64,000 nt of DNA from Promethearchaeota archaeon (GCA_019058365.1 JAHPZE010000002.1:160001-224000), one strand, 5' to 3'; counted from the stretch's first letter, positions 30,152 to 40,121 are shown. The notes: generated by a model not told the origin, from the letters alone. Program-made: numbers and translations.

Positions 30152-30796
30152 TTATTGATAATAAGCAATATCTCGTTTTACTTTAAGGTATTTTTTTATT
30201 GAAGCAATTAAAAACGCTATGAAACCAAAAATTGAAATAATTAATACAATTGTTTCCATATTAGTTGGATATTTATCATCATTAGGAAAAAAATTAAATA
30301 ATCCATATGTTGTGAAATAGTATTCATATCGCTTATAATTATTATCCCATGATACGTTATATTTACCGGGTTGCATAGTCCATATCCTTGTATCAAATAT
30401 CATATTCTTGTACATTAAATATCCAACAATCATATAGTTAAAAGTGTAAGTTTTACCTGAATTTTGATGTGTGAATGTAATGTTACCAACTACATTGTCA
30501 TCTATAACCATTGGAAAATATCCTATAACCATGATGATATATCTATTTGAATACAAATAAGTAGGGGGGATATTTATTACTTGTTCACCAGATACTGGTC
30601 CACCTGCATACCTCCAGATCAATTTTGAACGTACTGAGATGACAAATATTAATTGAGCTATTCCTATAGAAAGTAATAAAATCGCGATCATTATGCCTTT
30701 TTTGAAAGTAACTTCTGGGTCTTTCTTTTTAGGAACTTTCTTTTTGGAATTAGGGTGAATATCATCTCTCCAATCCCATTCTGTTTTGTTTTTCAT
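30152..30796 (-). CDS. Hypothetical membrane-anchored protein
   Basis: N- and C-terminal TM helices flanking a beta-rich domain. Confidence 0.7.
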   Translation of the reverse strand: MKNKTEWDWRDDIHPNSKKKVPKKKDPEVTFKKGIMIAILLLSIGIAQLIFVISVRSKLIWRYAGGPVSGEQVINIPPTYLYSNRYIIMVIGYFPMVIDDNVVGNITFTHQNSGKTYTFNYMIVGYLMYKNMIFDTRIWTMQPGKYNVSWDNNYKRYEYYFTTYGLFNFFPNDDKYPTNMETIVLIISIFGFIAFLIASIKKYLKVKRDIAYYQ

Positions 30797-31326
30797 TTAA
30801 TATTCATTATTATGCTATTTTCATAAAAAAAATAGTTTAATATTCTTTAAGTTTTCTACTTAATTTATAATGCGTTATAATTTCTTGAATTATTAATCTT
30901 TAAATCTCTATAATTCTTTTGATAAATTTCCTAATCGATCTTAAGCCGTGTTTTTCAGAGTTAATACATTTCAATCTTAAATTTTTACCATATACTTGTA
31001 ACTAAATCTATTAAAAAATACCCCCAGATACAATTAAAACATATTTATGTTGAAAAAAATCAAAAATATTTTTTATAGTGGTTTCTTATCCACCATTTCT
31101 ATCACCCCCTAATGCTAATGCCTCTCTATTTTAAATTAGAATATTTGAATTTTTGTTACTTAACACTTCAAGATAATCAAGATATGCTAGTAGAGTGGTT
31201 TTTCACATCCATCCAAAAATGAGGGAAATATGGAAAGGAAATTGAAATGAAAGTTGAAACAAACATAATAAAAATTAACGATAAATAAAAATTACATTAG
31301 ATACTCAAAAAGAAAAAGAAAAAAAA

Positions 31327-32127
31327 TTAACCTCTATAATCTAAAATGACTACAGCGTCAACGAAAAGTTCATATTTCTCGTCTTCATCGAAATCATGGA
31401 TAACAACCTTTTCAATTTCACCTAGTTCCCCGTTGATTTCATTGAGTTCTGATTGTTGCACGACTTTTACATCAGATTGTTTCAATTTTTTTGCAATTTC
31501 CACAGTTCCGGGGATCTCTTTTGCGGAAGTAACTACTATTACTCTCCCTGTATATTCAGTTAATTTGAGGGCTAATTCTAAAGAATCATCACCTGTATCA
31601 ACGATCAACGTTCTCTTCTCCCTTAGTTCTTCGAGATCAGGAACTTCCGTATAGACTCCTTTCCCCTTGAACTCATCAACACCGAGTATTACTCGCACAT
31701 CCAGCTGACATGAAGTAACAACTTCTACTTCTGGTTTTGTTCCCTCACGATAGTTATTTATCGCAGCTTTTAACGCATCTGCGGCTAGATTTGAACAATG
31801 CATTTTGATTGGAGGTAAACCGTCTAATTCCTCCGCTACATCGCTTCGAGTAATTTTATATGCATCATCAAGAGTCATTCCCTTAGCCATCTCAGTTACC
31901 ATTGATGAAGTCGATACTGCAGATCCACAACCAAAAGTTCTGAATTTAATATCATCAATGATATCTTCCCCTTTATCATTTTTCCCTACTTTTATGAATA
32001 TTTCCATTAGATCTCCGCATACTGGATTTCCAACCTTCCCATATCCATCGGGATTCTCAATAGACCCTACATTTCTTGGATTCCGAAAATGGTCCATTAC
32101 CTTATCGGTATATTTATGTACACTCAT
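31327..32127 (-). CDS. iscU: IscU/NifU scaffold fused to a degenerate TrxR-like NAD(P)-binding domain
   Basis: HFRNPRNVG, NPVCGD, TFGCGSA, LPPIKMHCS; about 125-aa C-terminal extension. Confidence 0.88.
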   Translation of the reverse strand: MSVHKYTDKVMDHFRNPRNVGSIENPDGYGKVGNPVCGDLMEIFIKVGKNDKGEDIIDDIKFRTFGCGSAVSTSSMVTEMAKGMTLDDAYKITRSDVAEELDGLPPIKMHCSNLAADALKAAINNYREGTKPEVEVVTSCQLDVRVILGVDEFKGKGVYTEVPDLEELREKRTLIVDTGDDSLELALKLTEYTGRVIVVTSAKEIPGTVEIAKKLKQSDVKVVQQSELNEINGELGEIEKVVIHDFDEDEKYELFVDAVVILDYRG

Positions 32128-33318
32128 TTAATATTCCTCCTCTTGTAATTTTTTTAATAAATCTGAAGGCGTTAGTGGTGATAAAATTCTTAACCTTCTT
32201 ACAATTCCGGGTAATACTTTTATAATTTTATCAATATCTTTTTCTTCTGTAAATCTCCCTAAAGTTAATAATAAACTCCCATGTGCTTCCTCATGTAATA
32301 GACCACAAGACATAAGCGTATGGGAGGGTTCTAGAGTCTTTGAAGAACAGGCAGAACCCGTTGCTACCTCCACTTTTTCATCCTTTAAGGAGAGAAGCAA
32401 TGATTCACCTTCAATATAATCAAACCGGAAATTAGCATTATTTGGCGTCCTTATCTCAGGATGCCCATTTAAATACGATTTAGGTATTTTTAAAACTTCT
32501 CTAATTAATTTATCCCTAAGAATTTTTAATCTAGCAGCTTCTTCATTTATTTCTGTTTTCATTATCTTTGCAGCTTCTGCAAAACCGACTATTCCTGGCA
32601 TATTTTCAGATCCTGACCTTATTCCCATTTCCTGACCACCCCCAATAATAATCGGATTTATTCTCACACCTTTCTTAAGGTATAAAGCCCCTATACCCCT
32701 TGGTCCATAAATGTCATTCGAAGACAAGGTCAATAAATCAAAAGGAACTTTTTGTACATCAATAGGTATGGTACTTTCACTTGCTACAGCATCAGAATGA
32801 AACCAGATCTTTTTCTTTTGAGCAATTTCCACAATTTCTTCTACAGGCTGCAGTGATCCAATTTCATTACTTGCCGTAGAAACTGAGATTAGGATTGTCT
32901 CGTCAGTTATTAAACGCTCCAATTTGCTTAGATTAATAATACCAAATCTGTCTACAGGGACTTTACTCACTCTAAATCCTTGCCTCTCCAAAAATTTCCC
33001 TATATTTAATACCGAAATATGTTCAATCTCAGAAATTATAATATGATTTCCTTGTCTCTTGTTTCGGAGAGCTGCTCCAATTATCCCTAAATTATTTGAT
33101 TCAGTAGCCCCAGAAGTAAAGATGATGTTGTCTGGATTTGGAGCATTAATAAATTCAGCTACTTTAAGTCGAGATTCTTCTAAAGCATTAGTAGCATGAT
33201 ATCCATAATTATGTAATGAAGATGGATTGCCAAATTCCTCAGTGAAATATGGTTTCATAGCCTCAAAAACACGAGGATCGACTGGTTTTGCTGCTTGGTA
33301 ATCTAAATACGCACTCAA
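32128..33318 (-). CDS. iscS: Cysteine desulfurase (IscS/NifS family)
   Basis: YLDY, GNPSS, FTSGATESNN, EH, GSACSS. The usual PLP-lysine motif SxHK reads SSND here. Confidence 0.9.
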   Translation of the reverse strand: MSAYLDYQAAKPVDPRVFEAMKPYFTEEFGNPSSLHNYGYHATNALEESRLKVAEFINAPNPDNIIFTSGATESNNLGIIGAALRNKRQGNHIIISEIEHISVLNIGKFLERQGFRVSKVPVDRFGIINLSKLERLITDETILISVSTASNEIGSLQPVEEIVEIAQKKKIWFHSDAVASESTIPIDVQKVPFDLLTLSSNDIYGPRGIGALYLKKGVRINPIIIGGGQEMGIRSGSENMPGIVGFAEAAKIMKTEINEEAARLKILRDKLIREVLKIPKSYLNGHPEIRTPNNANFRFDYIEGESLLLSLKDEKVEVATGSACSSKTLEPSHTLMSCGLLHEEAHGSLLLTLGRFTEEKDIDKIIKVLPGIVRRLRILSPLTPSDLLKKLQEEEY

Positions 33319-33335
33319 TACTTTTACCTTTTTTA

Positions 33336-33590
33336 TTATTTCATTTTCTTAAATATAAATATTAAATCATCGCCATCTCTACTAAATTCTACTACTTTTG
33401 TATCTGTTCTTTTAGCCCATCTTTTAAGATCCTCTTCTGCAGCGGGATCATCAGCTATAACCTTAAAACATTGTCCTATATTTAGAGCTTCACTTAAATT
33501 CCTCACTTCAAATAATGGCTCAGGACAATATAGACCTCTTGTGTCTAAGATCTCTTTAATTTCTACTCGTTCACTTTGTTCATTATTCAA
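33336..33590 (-). CDS. tusA: TusA/SirA sulfur carrier
   Basis: LDTRGLYCPEP, ADDPAA. Confidence 0.9.
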   Translation of the reverse strand: MNNEQSERVEIKEILDTRGLYCPEPLFEVRNLSEALNIGQCFKVIADDPAAEEDLKRWAKRTDTKVVEFSRDGDDLIFIFKKMK

Positions 33591-33793
33591 TTTTAAAACC
33601 TTCTTGAAAAGATTCTCTTGATATATAAACGGTTCAAAAAGAGTATAAATCTTCTCATTATAATTTAATAAACTTTAATCCTAACTGAGAAAATTGTATA
33701 AAACCAATAAAAAAAGATAGTTATATTTTATAAGTTTTTAAACTGAATATAGTAAAAAAGAGAAAATTAAAAATATCAAATCAAAAGATATAT

Positions 33794-34429
33794 TTATTCA
33801 ATTCCAGCTAAACTTTTTATATGTTTCACTCCATCAACAGCATCATCTGCAAAATCATCGGCACCAAGTTTTTTTGCTAGTTCCATATTTAAAGGGGCAC
33901 CTCCAACAATTAGTTTAACTTTGTTACGGAGTCCTGCGGCTTTTAAAGCTTCATGAACAACTCTTATATGTTCTACTGTCATAGTTAATAAAGTACTTAA
34001 AGCAACAATTGTAGCCCCAGTTTCTTTTACTTTTTCAATAATAGTATTCTCATCAACATCCATCCCTAAATCATGAATTTCAAAACCAGAACTTAAGAGG
34101 AGAGAACCTAGTATATTCTTTCCAATATCATGATTATCTCCTTTCACTGTAGCAATAATTATTTTCACATTATCCTCTGCTTTATCAGCAGCAGCTAATA
34201 CAGGCTTCAAAATGGCAAAAGCTTCTTTCATAGTTTCTCCAGCAAGAACAAGTTCAGTTAAGTAATACTCTTTTTCTTCATAACGCCGACCAACTTCGTC
34301 CATACCCTTTGTTAAAGAATTCAATATATCAAAAGCATCCTTACCCTCATTTAATGCTTCTTTTACTGCATCTGCAATATCATCAACTTCTAATTCGATT
34401 ACTAATTCTGTTAATTTTTCAAGATCCAT
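33794..34429 (-). CDS. Corrinoid (B12-binding) methyl-accepting protein, MtaC/MttC-like
   Basis: Cap domain; GDNHDIGKN, SxL, VGGAP. Confidence 0.92.
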   Translation of the reverse strand: MDLEKLTELVIELEVDDIADAVKEALNEGKDAFDILNSLTKGMDEVGRRYEEKEYYLTELVLAGETMKEAFAILKPVLAAADKAEDNVKIIIATVKGDNHDIGKNILGSLLLSSGFEIHDLGMDVDENTIIEKVKETGATIVALSTLLTMTVEHIRVVHEALKAAGLRNKVKLIVGGAPLNMELAKKLGADDFADDAVDGVKHIKSLAGIE

Positions 34430-34562
34430 AAAAATCTCTTTCCTTTAAGAAAATCTAATAGTAATTATTATTAAAATAAATTAAAATTATCCTTTAAATC
34501 TTATTTTAATAAAAAGACACATAAATCGAAAATTTTTAGATTTTACTACAGAAAAAGAAAGC

Positions 34563-34705
34563 GAGGGAGATGAGAAAAATTAAAATCTTGAAAGTCTAAG
34601 ATTTTACAAAATTTAGATAGTTACCATTTTAATTAGGAAATTTCCTCAATTACTCGAATTGTGTAATTTTAGGGGATATTATTTGTAGTTTCTCAATCTT
34701 CCCTC
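34563..34705 (-). ncRNA. Candidate ~143-nt structured small RNA (unknown family)
   Basis: Ends are complementary (about 15 bp, two bulges). TTTAAATA box 25 nt upstream and CTTTCTTTTT tract immediately downstream on the minus strand. Internal hairpins; no ORF >15 aa found. Confidence 0.45.
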
Positions 34706-34985
34706 TAGGGTATAATTATGATACTTTAATATTTAAACTTAATTCAATTATAAACTAAAATTCTAAAAATCCTTCAAAAATCGCTCTAAAATTATCATTA
34801 CAAAATTATTTAATAATGAGTTGGGGTTAAATATGTATGTAATAACTACCAGCCATATTTATGAGTAAAAAATTAATTACTTTTACTTATTATTTTTGAG
34901 ATTAATATACCTTAATTTTTAAGATATTATTGTAAATAATTATTATTGGCACTAAAAATATAAATAAAAAATTATTATAAACATC

Positions 34986-35783
34986 GTGCCAGAAAAAGAA
35001 AATTCTTCAGAGGAAATAATTGAAGAAGATTCAATAGAAGAGTTAGAAAATATAGCAAATCATGATCTTTTAAAAAATATTAGTAATAAATATGCTATTT
35101 TTGCGAAAGGGTTAGTTAAAGATTATGAAATTGGGGACTTTATTGTTCGAGCTGTTGATAATATCTCTCTATCAATAGAAAATGGACAATTTTTAGTTAT
35201 TAAAGGTCCTAGCGGTGCTGGTAAAACTTCACTATTAAATCTATTAGGAGGATTAGATTCACCAAATAAAGGGGTAATTTACAACTTTGGTGTAAAAATC
35301 TCAAATATGAAAGAAGAATCATTAGCAACTTGGCGATTATTAAATTCTGGATTTATATTTCAAAATTACAATCTCATTAGCACTCTTACTGCTGAGGAAA
35401 ACGTCATGTTTCCAATGAGTCTTTCAGGTGTTGCTTTTAAAAAACAAAGAGAACGTGCAACAGAATTATTGTCAAAAATGAGTCTTGATGATCGAAGGGA
35501 GCATTTACCGTTTCAATTATCTGCGGGTGAACAGCAAAGGGTTGCAATAGCAAGAGCATTAGCAAATGATCCCCCTATGATTATTGCTGATGAGCCAACA
35601 GCAAATTTAGATAAAAAGACTAGCAAGTTTATTAGAGATCTTTTTAGAGAATTAAAAAATAATATTAGAACAATTATCATCGCAACTCATGATGATTTTT
35701 TAATAGGTTTGGCTGATAGAGTTATTACTTTTGATGAGGGGAAAATTATTAAAGAAGAAATACTATCGGAAAAGGAAATTTAG
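34986..35783 (+). CDS. ABC ATPase, LolD/MacB type
   Basis: GPSGAGKT, LSAGEQQRVAIARA, ADEPTANLD, ATHD. Confidence 0.93.
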   Translation: MPEKENSSEEIIEEDSIEELENIANHDLLKNISNKYAIFAKGLVKDYEIGDFIVRAVDNISLSIENGQFLVIKGPSGAGKTSLLNLLGGLDSPNKGVIYNFGVKISNMKEESLATWRLLNSGFIFQNYNLISTLTAEENVMFPMSLSGVAFKKQRERATELLSKMSLDDRREHLPFQLSAGEQQRVAIARALANDPPMIIADEPTANLDKKTSKFIRDLFRELKNNIRTIIIATHDDFLIGLADRVITFDEGKIIKEEILSEKEI

Positions 35784-35798
35784 GAATTAGAAAACAAT

Positions 35799-37706
35799 AT
35801 GACCTCCCTTGATTTTGCGCTGAAAGACCTTTACCGGAAAAGACAGACAAATTATCCATTTCTATTAATAATGTCAATTATCATAGCACTTACAGAGTTT
35901 TTAATTTATTTTACATCATCTTTAGGATTAAATATATTTATTCAAACAACATTTGTGAATAACTATTATTTCTCTGGAGGAATTAGCATAGTCTATAAAC
36001 AGTTCAATACTCTAATTCAGATATTACTAGTAATCTTAGCAATCGCAATAGTAATTACTGTAACAACCACACTAGTTATTTCTAAAAAAAGAGACATCGC
36101 TATTATGAAATCATTAGGTACTCTCCCCAAAAAGTTATATAGTTTTTATTTACTCGAAGTCTATGTTTTATATTTTATTGGATTTTTATTTGGATTGATT
36201 CTAGGATTAATAGCATTTGGAATATTTGCTCTAATTATGAGTTTTTTTAAATTTCCTTTAGTAATACAAATTGATTTAGTATACACTCCTATTTTATTTT
36301 TTTCTTGTATTCTAGGAATTTTCTTTATAACTGGTTATACTCTTAGGAAAATAGGGAAGCAAAATATAATTAGAACTTTCTCAAAGGATATACCTTATAA
36401 TTATGATGCTTCTAAGCGATTTTCAATTATCCCAAAATGGTTAATCTCAATAGGATTTAATATCAAAATTGCTGTGGTTAATACAGTGAGGAAAAAAGGA
36501 GAATTCAAGCGTTATTTAATACTATTTTCTATAATTGGATTGATGATCTTTACGTTAGGTTTGGGGTCAATTGTTTTAAAGACATCATCTCAAAATTGGA
36601 TTTATAAGTCTCAGGGTGAAAATATAGTAATAATTGGACATAAAGATGTTATTCATAATTATTCACTAATGTATAAGATGTTTTCTGATCCTAATATATT
36701 AATAGATGAAAGTAATATTGATTTTACAGCTTCAGATTATTTATTTAATATGAGTGATCTTAGTGAGTTGTATGATATTGAAGAAATCGAAAAAATTGAT
36801 GAACGATTAATAAATTTTTATGATGTAGAAGAAATTCCCGGGATTCATATTAACGATGACGATTCATATACAATTGTTGGACAACATAGAAGAGAAAACA
36901 TTCCTCTAATTGGTGTTAATCCTGATAGTGTAATTCAAAATTTTGAGATTGAAGGACGGTTTTTTACTGAAGAGGATGCTTACGATAATATAACTATAGG
37001 AGATGGCTTGGCTTACAATCTTTTCGAGCATGCGTTAGATCAGAGTTTAAGACTTACTTCGTTAGGACCAACATTCCATATTAGTGGAGTTGTCATTGAT
37101 AGCTTTTATTCTGGATGGGCTGGCTATGTAGGATTGAATATTATCCAGCAAGCACTTAATTTGTCAACAGAAATTAATCTTGTATTATTAAAATTAAGAG
37201 ATGGAGCATATAATATAATAAGAAATACACTTGAAAATATATCAAATAGTATTGGTGAAAATTTCACTTACTTAAAATTAGATGAAACCTTCCAAAGGAA
37301 TTTAAATTATTTTAATTATTTATCGATCTACCCAATTTCATTAATTCTAGTGATTTCAATACTGACTATATTATCATTATATAATTATCAGAAAGCAGGG
37401 ATAATGGAGAAAGCAAAAGATTTTCTAATTATGCGTGCAGTTGGTTCAAAAACTAGATCCTTGAAAAAGATACTTTTTTTAGAGTCATTATTTATTCTAT
37501 TACCATCTTTACTTATAAGTTTAGCAATAGGAATGATAATAAATTCTTTATTTCTGTTCAGCCGAGCCTATTTACCTCCCTTATATATTCCTTTCATAGT
37601 TTTTATGATTTTATTCGTAATATTTCTCAGCTTTAACTTTTTAAGTCTTTTTCCAATTATAAAAAAAATAAACAATTTTTCTATTAAAGATTTTAATATG
37701 TATTAA
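35799..37706 (+). CDS. FtsX/MacB-type ABC permease
   Basis: Two FtsX repeats (KKRDIAIMKSLG, KAKDFLIMRAVG) around an extracytoplasmic domain. Confidence 0.88.
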   Translation: MTSLDFALKDLYRKRQTNYPFLLIMSIIIALTEFLIYFTSSLGLNIFIQTTFVNNYYFSGGISIVYKQFNTLIQILLVILAIAIVITVTTTLVISKKRDIAIMKSLGTLPKKLYSFYLLEVYVLYFIGFLFGLILGLIAFGIFALIMSFFKFPLVIQIDLVYTPILFFSCILGIFFITGYTLRKIGKQNIIRTFSKDIPYNYDASKRFSIIPKWLISIGFNIKIAVVNTVRKKGEFKRYLILFSIIGLMIFTLGLGSIVLKTSSQNWIYKSQGENIVIIGHKDVIHNYSLMYKMFSDPNILIDESNIDFTASDYLFNMSDLSELYDIEEIEKIDERLINFYDVEEIPGIHINDDDSYTIVGQHRRENIPLIGVNPDSVIQNFEIEGRFFTEEDAYDNITIGDGLAYNLFEHALDQSLRLTSLGPTFHISGVVIDSFYSGWAGYVGLNIIQQALNLSTEINLVLLKLRDGAYNIIRNTLENISNSIGENFTYLKLDETFQRNLNYFNYLSIYPISLILVISILTILSLYNYQKAGIMEKAKDFLIMRAVGSKTRSLKKILFLESLFILLPSLLISLAIGMIINSLFLFSRAYLPPLYIPFIVFMILFVIFLSFNFLSLFPIIKKINNFSIKDFNMY

Positions 37707-37822
37707 TGAATTTTTTTAGATTATTAGAAAATGATAATATGGATACGACATTAATAAGTTAAATTTTAATTTCTAAAATTGTATTAATAAATTAATTTCT
37801 AATAAAATGGTGATTCTTCTCT

Positions 37823-39133
37823 ATGACTGAAGATGCTTTAAAAAATAAAATCAGAGAATTAGAGTTAGAATTAAAGAAAAAAGATCAAGAGATCGAACAT
37901 CTTGATGATATTATTGAAGAACTCCAAGATAAAATTATGGAATTAGAGGATCTTAAAAAATTAGAAGACGGAGCGACAAAAAAAAGTAAAAAAATACAAG
38001 CTGCAGAATCAAGATTTGCATATGAACTCGAAGAAAAAGATAGACAAATACGTGAATTAAAAAACAATATGGGTTTTTTAAGAAAAGAGAAAGTACAACT
38101 TCAACAAGAAGTAGAAAGAATGAAATCCGAGACAGACTCATCCGTAATTAGAGTCGAAGATTTAAGAAGTAAATCACCACTAAATGTCTTGGTAAAAGAT
38201 TTACAAGAAAAAGTGAATAAACAAAGTTCAATAATTAATAAATTAATGTCTAAAAATATTACTAGTGAAGATTTTGGTGAAAAATTGATTCAAAAAGACG
38301 AAGAAATTGAAATTTTAAGATTAGAAATCACAGAGTTAAATCAAAAATTAAAAGATCTTAGTTCTCCATCTGAAAAAAGTAGCAATTCAATAGCTAAAAG
38401 ACTAATCGAAGATCTTCAAAATCAATTAACCAAGGCAAAAAAACAAGTAGTTGAATTAAAACAAAAACTTGAAAAATCTGATAAAAATAAAAAACAAGAA
38501 AAAGATAGTCCTAAAATCCAAGATTTTAAAAAAGAAATCAATAGATTAAAAGAAAAACTCGAAGGAAAAAGCAATGAAAATAAGGTTTTAAAAGAGGAAA
38601 TTATCGCTTTAAAAAAATTTGAAATTACCGAGAAGTTTGAACAAAATGAGAGCCCTTCTGATGACATGATCAAAGCATTAAAAGAAGATCTCCAAACTAA
38701 GCTAAACAAATCAAAAATGCAGATTAAAGCACTTCAAGAGCAACTTGAAAAATTTAAGACGGGAAAACCGTTAGACTCGGGTGAATCTCAAAAAGACCTG
38801 GAAGGTAAATTAAAAATGCAAAGAGAGATGGCAAGCTTTCTTCAAAAACAACTAGAAACAAAAGAAGGAGAAATTGAAACAATTAAAAATGAAGCTGTAC
38901 AAATAAAAGCAAAATACAGGCAATTAGAAACTCAATCTGGAATAAAAGATCAAAAACTTAGTGAATTACAAAACCAGATAGATAGTCTTAATATTCTAAC
39001 GCAAATTCATCCTAAAAAGGAAGATCCTGACCTAGCGTTGAGAATCAGAGAGCTTAAGAATAAAGTTGATAATCTTAGAAAACTTAATAATGAACAAAGA
39101 TTAGAGATTTCTCAGTTAAGAAAAAAAATCTAA
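37823..39133 (+). CDS. Long coiled-coil protein
   Basis: Heptad-rich K/E/L/Q sequence throughout; no ATPase motif. Confidence 0.8.
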   Translation: MTEDALKNKIRELELELKKKDQEIEHLDDIIEELQDKIMELEDLKKLEDGATKKSKKIQAAESRFAYELEEKDRQIRELKNNMGFLRKEKVQLQQEVERMKSETDSSVIRVEDLRSKSPLNVLVKDLQEKVNKQSSIINKLMSKNITSEDFGEKLIQKDEEIEILRLEITELNQKLKDLSSPSEKSSNSIAKRLIEDLQNQLTKAKKQVVELKQKLEKSDKNKKQEKDSPKIQDFKKEINRLKEKLEGKSNENKVLKEEIIALKKFEITEKFEQNESPSDDMIKALKEDLQTKLNKSKMQIKALQEQLEKFKTGKPLDSGESQKDLEGKLKMQREMASFLQKQLETKEGEIETIKNEAVQIKAKYRQLETQSGIKDQKLSELQNQIDSLNILTQIHPKKEDPDLALRIRELKNKVDNLRKLNNEQRLEISQLRKKI

Positions 39134-39140
39134 ATCTATT

Positions 39141-40121
39141 ATGGAATTAATTATTTTAGGAAGTGCTGCTGCAATTCCTATTAAAAATCGTAATTTATCC
39201 TCTATAGCTATTAAATTTAAAAATCAGACTTTAATATTTGACTGTGGGGAAGATTTCCAGCGGAAATTTGCTGAAGCTTCTCTAAAATTTAATAAGCCAT
39301 TGAAGATCTTTATAACACATTTTCATGGAGATCATATTATTGGACTCCCCGGATTTTTATTTCGATTGAGTTTAAATGATAGAACTGCACCAATGATGAT
39401 TTTTGGACCTCGAAATCTTTTTCTCTATTTATTTCTCCATAAAAAAATTCTCGGATTAAAGGCAAATTATCCTATTACTATTTTTGAGATTGACCATCTA
39501 AATAATGAATTAATTGAGTTTGAGGGATTAGATTCAGAAGAACCAAAAAGAACAATTAAGATTAATGATAATATCATTTTCGATTCCAAATCATTTTCCA
39601 TGAAATATGCTTTAGTGGAACACTCAATAATTACATTTGCATATGCTTTTGTTGAAAAACCTCGTTATGGTAAATTTAACCCAATTAGGGCTAAAGATCT
39701 AAATATTCCTGAAGGTAATCTCTGGAAAACACTCCAAGAAGGAGAAGTTATTGAAATTAATGGAAAAATTATTGATCCCGTTAAAGAGGGAATTATCAGT
39801 CCAAAAAAACCGGGAAGAAAAATAACTTACTCTGGAGATATGAAACCGAGCAATTCTCTAATAGATTTAGGAAAAGATTCTGATATTTTAATTCATGAAG
39901 CAACTTTCGCAAAAGCATTAGCAAAAATAGCTGAAGATAAAAAACACTCAACTTCAATTGACGCAGCAAATGATGCAAAAAAAATGAATGCAAAACAATT
40001 AATTCTCACTCATATTTCTTCACGATACCAAGAAGATGCTATAAAATTACTAGAAGAAGCTAAAGAAATTTTCCCAAATACCGTTTTAGCTGAAGATTTA
40101 TTACGAATTACATTAAAGTAA
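39141..40121 (+). CDS. rnz: Ribonuclease Z
   Basis: DCGE, THFHGDHIIG, exosite, SGD, HEATF, KHST, THISSRY. Confidence 0.95.
   Translation: MELIILGSAAAIPIKNRNLSSIAIKFKNQTLIFDCGEDFQRKFAEASLKFNKPLKIFITHFHGDHIIGLPGFLFRLSLNDRTAPMMIFGPRNLFLYLFLHKKILGLKANYPITIFEIDHLNNELIEFEGLDSEEPKRTIKINDNIIFDSKSFSMKYALVEHSIITFAYAFVEKPRYGKFNPIRAKDLNIPEGNLWKTLQEGEVIEINGKIIDPVKEGIISPKKPGRKITYSGDMKPSNSLIDLGKDSDILIHEATFAKALAKIAEDKKHSTSIDAANDAKKMNAKQLILTHISSRYQEDAIKLLEEAKEIFPNTVLAEDLLRITLK

Noticed and set aside
37823-39133. SMC/Rad50 assignment for the coiled-coil protein
   Set aside because: No Walker A/B, signature motif, hinge or zinc hook.
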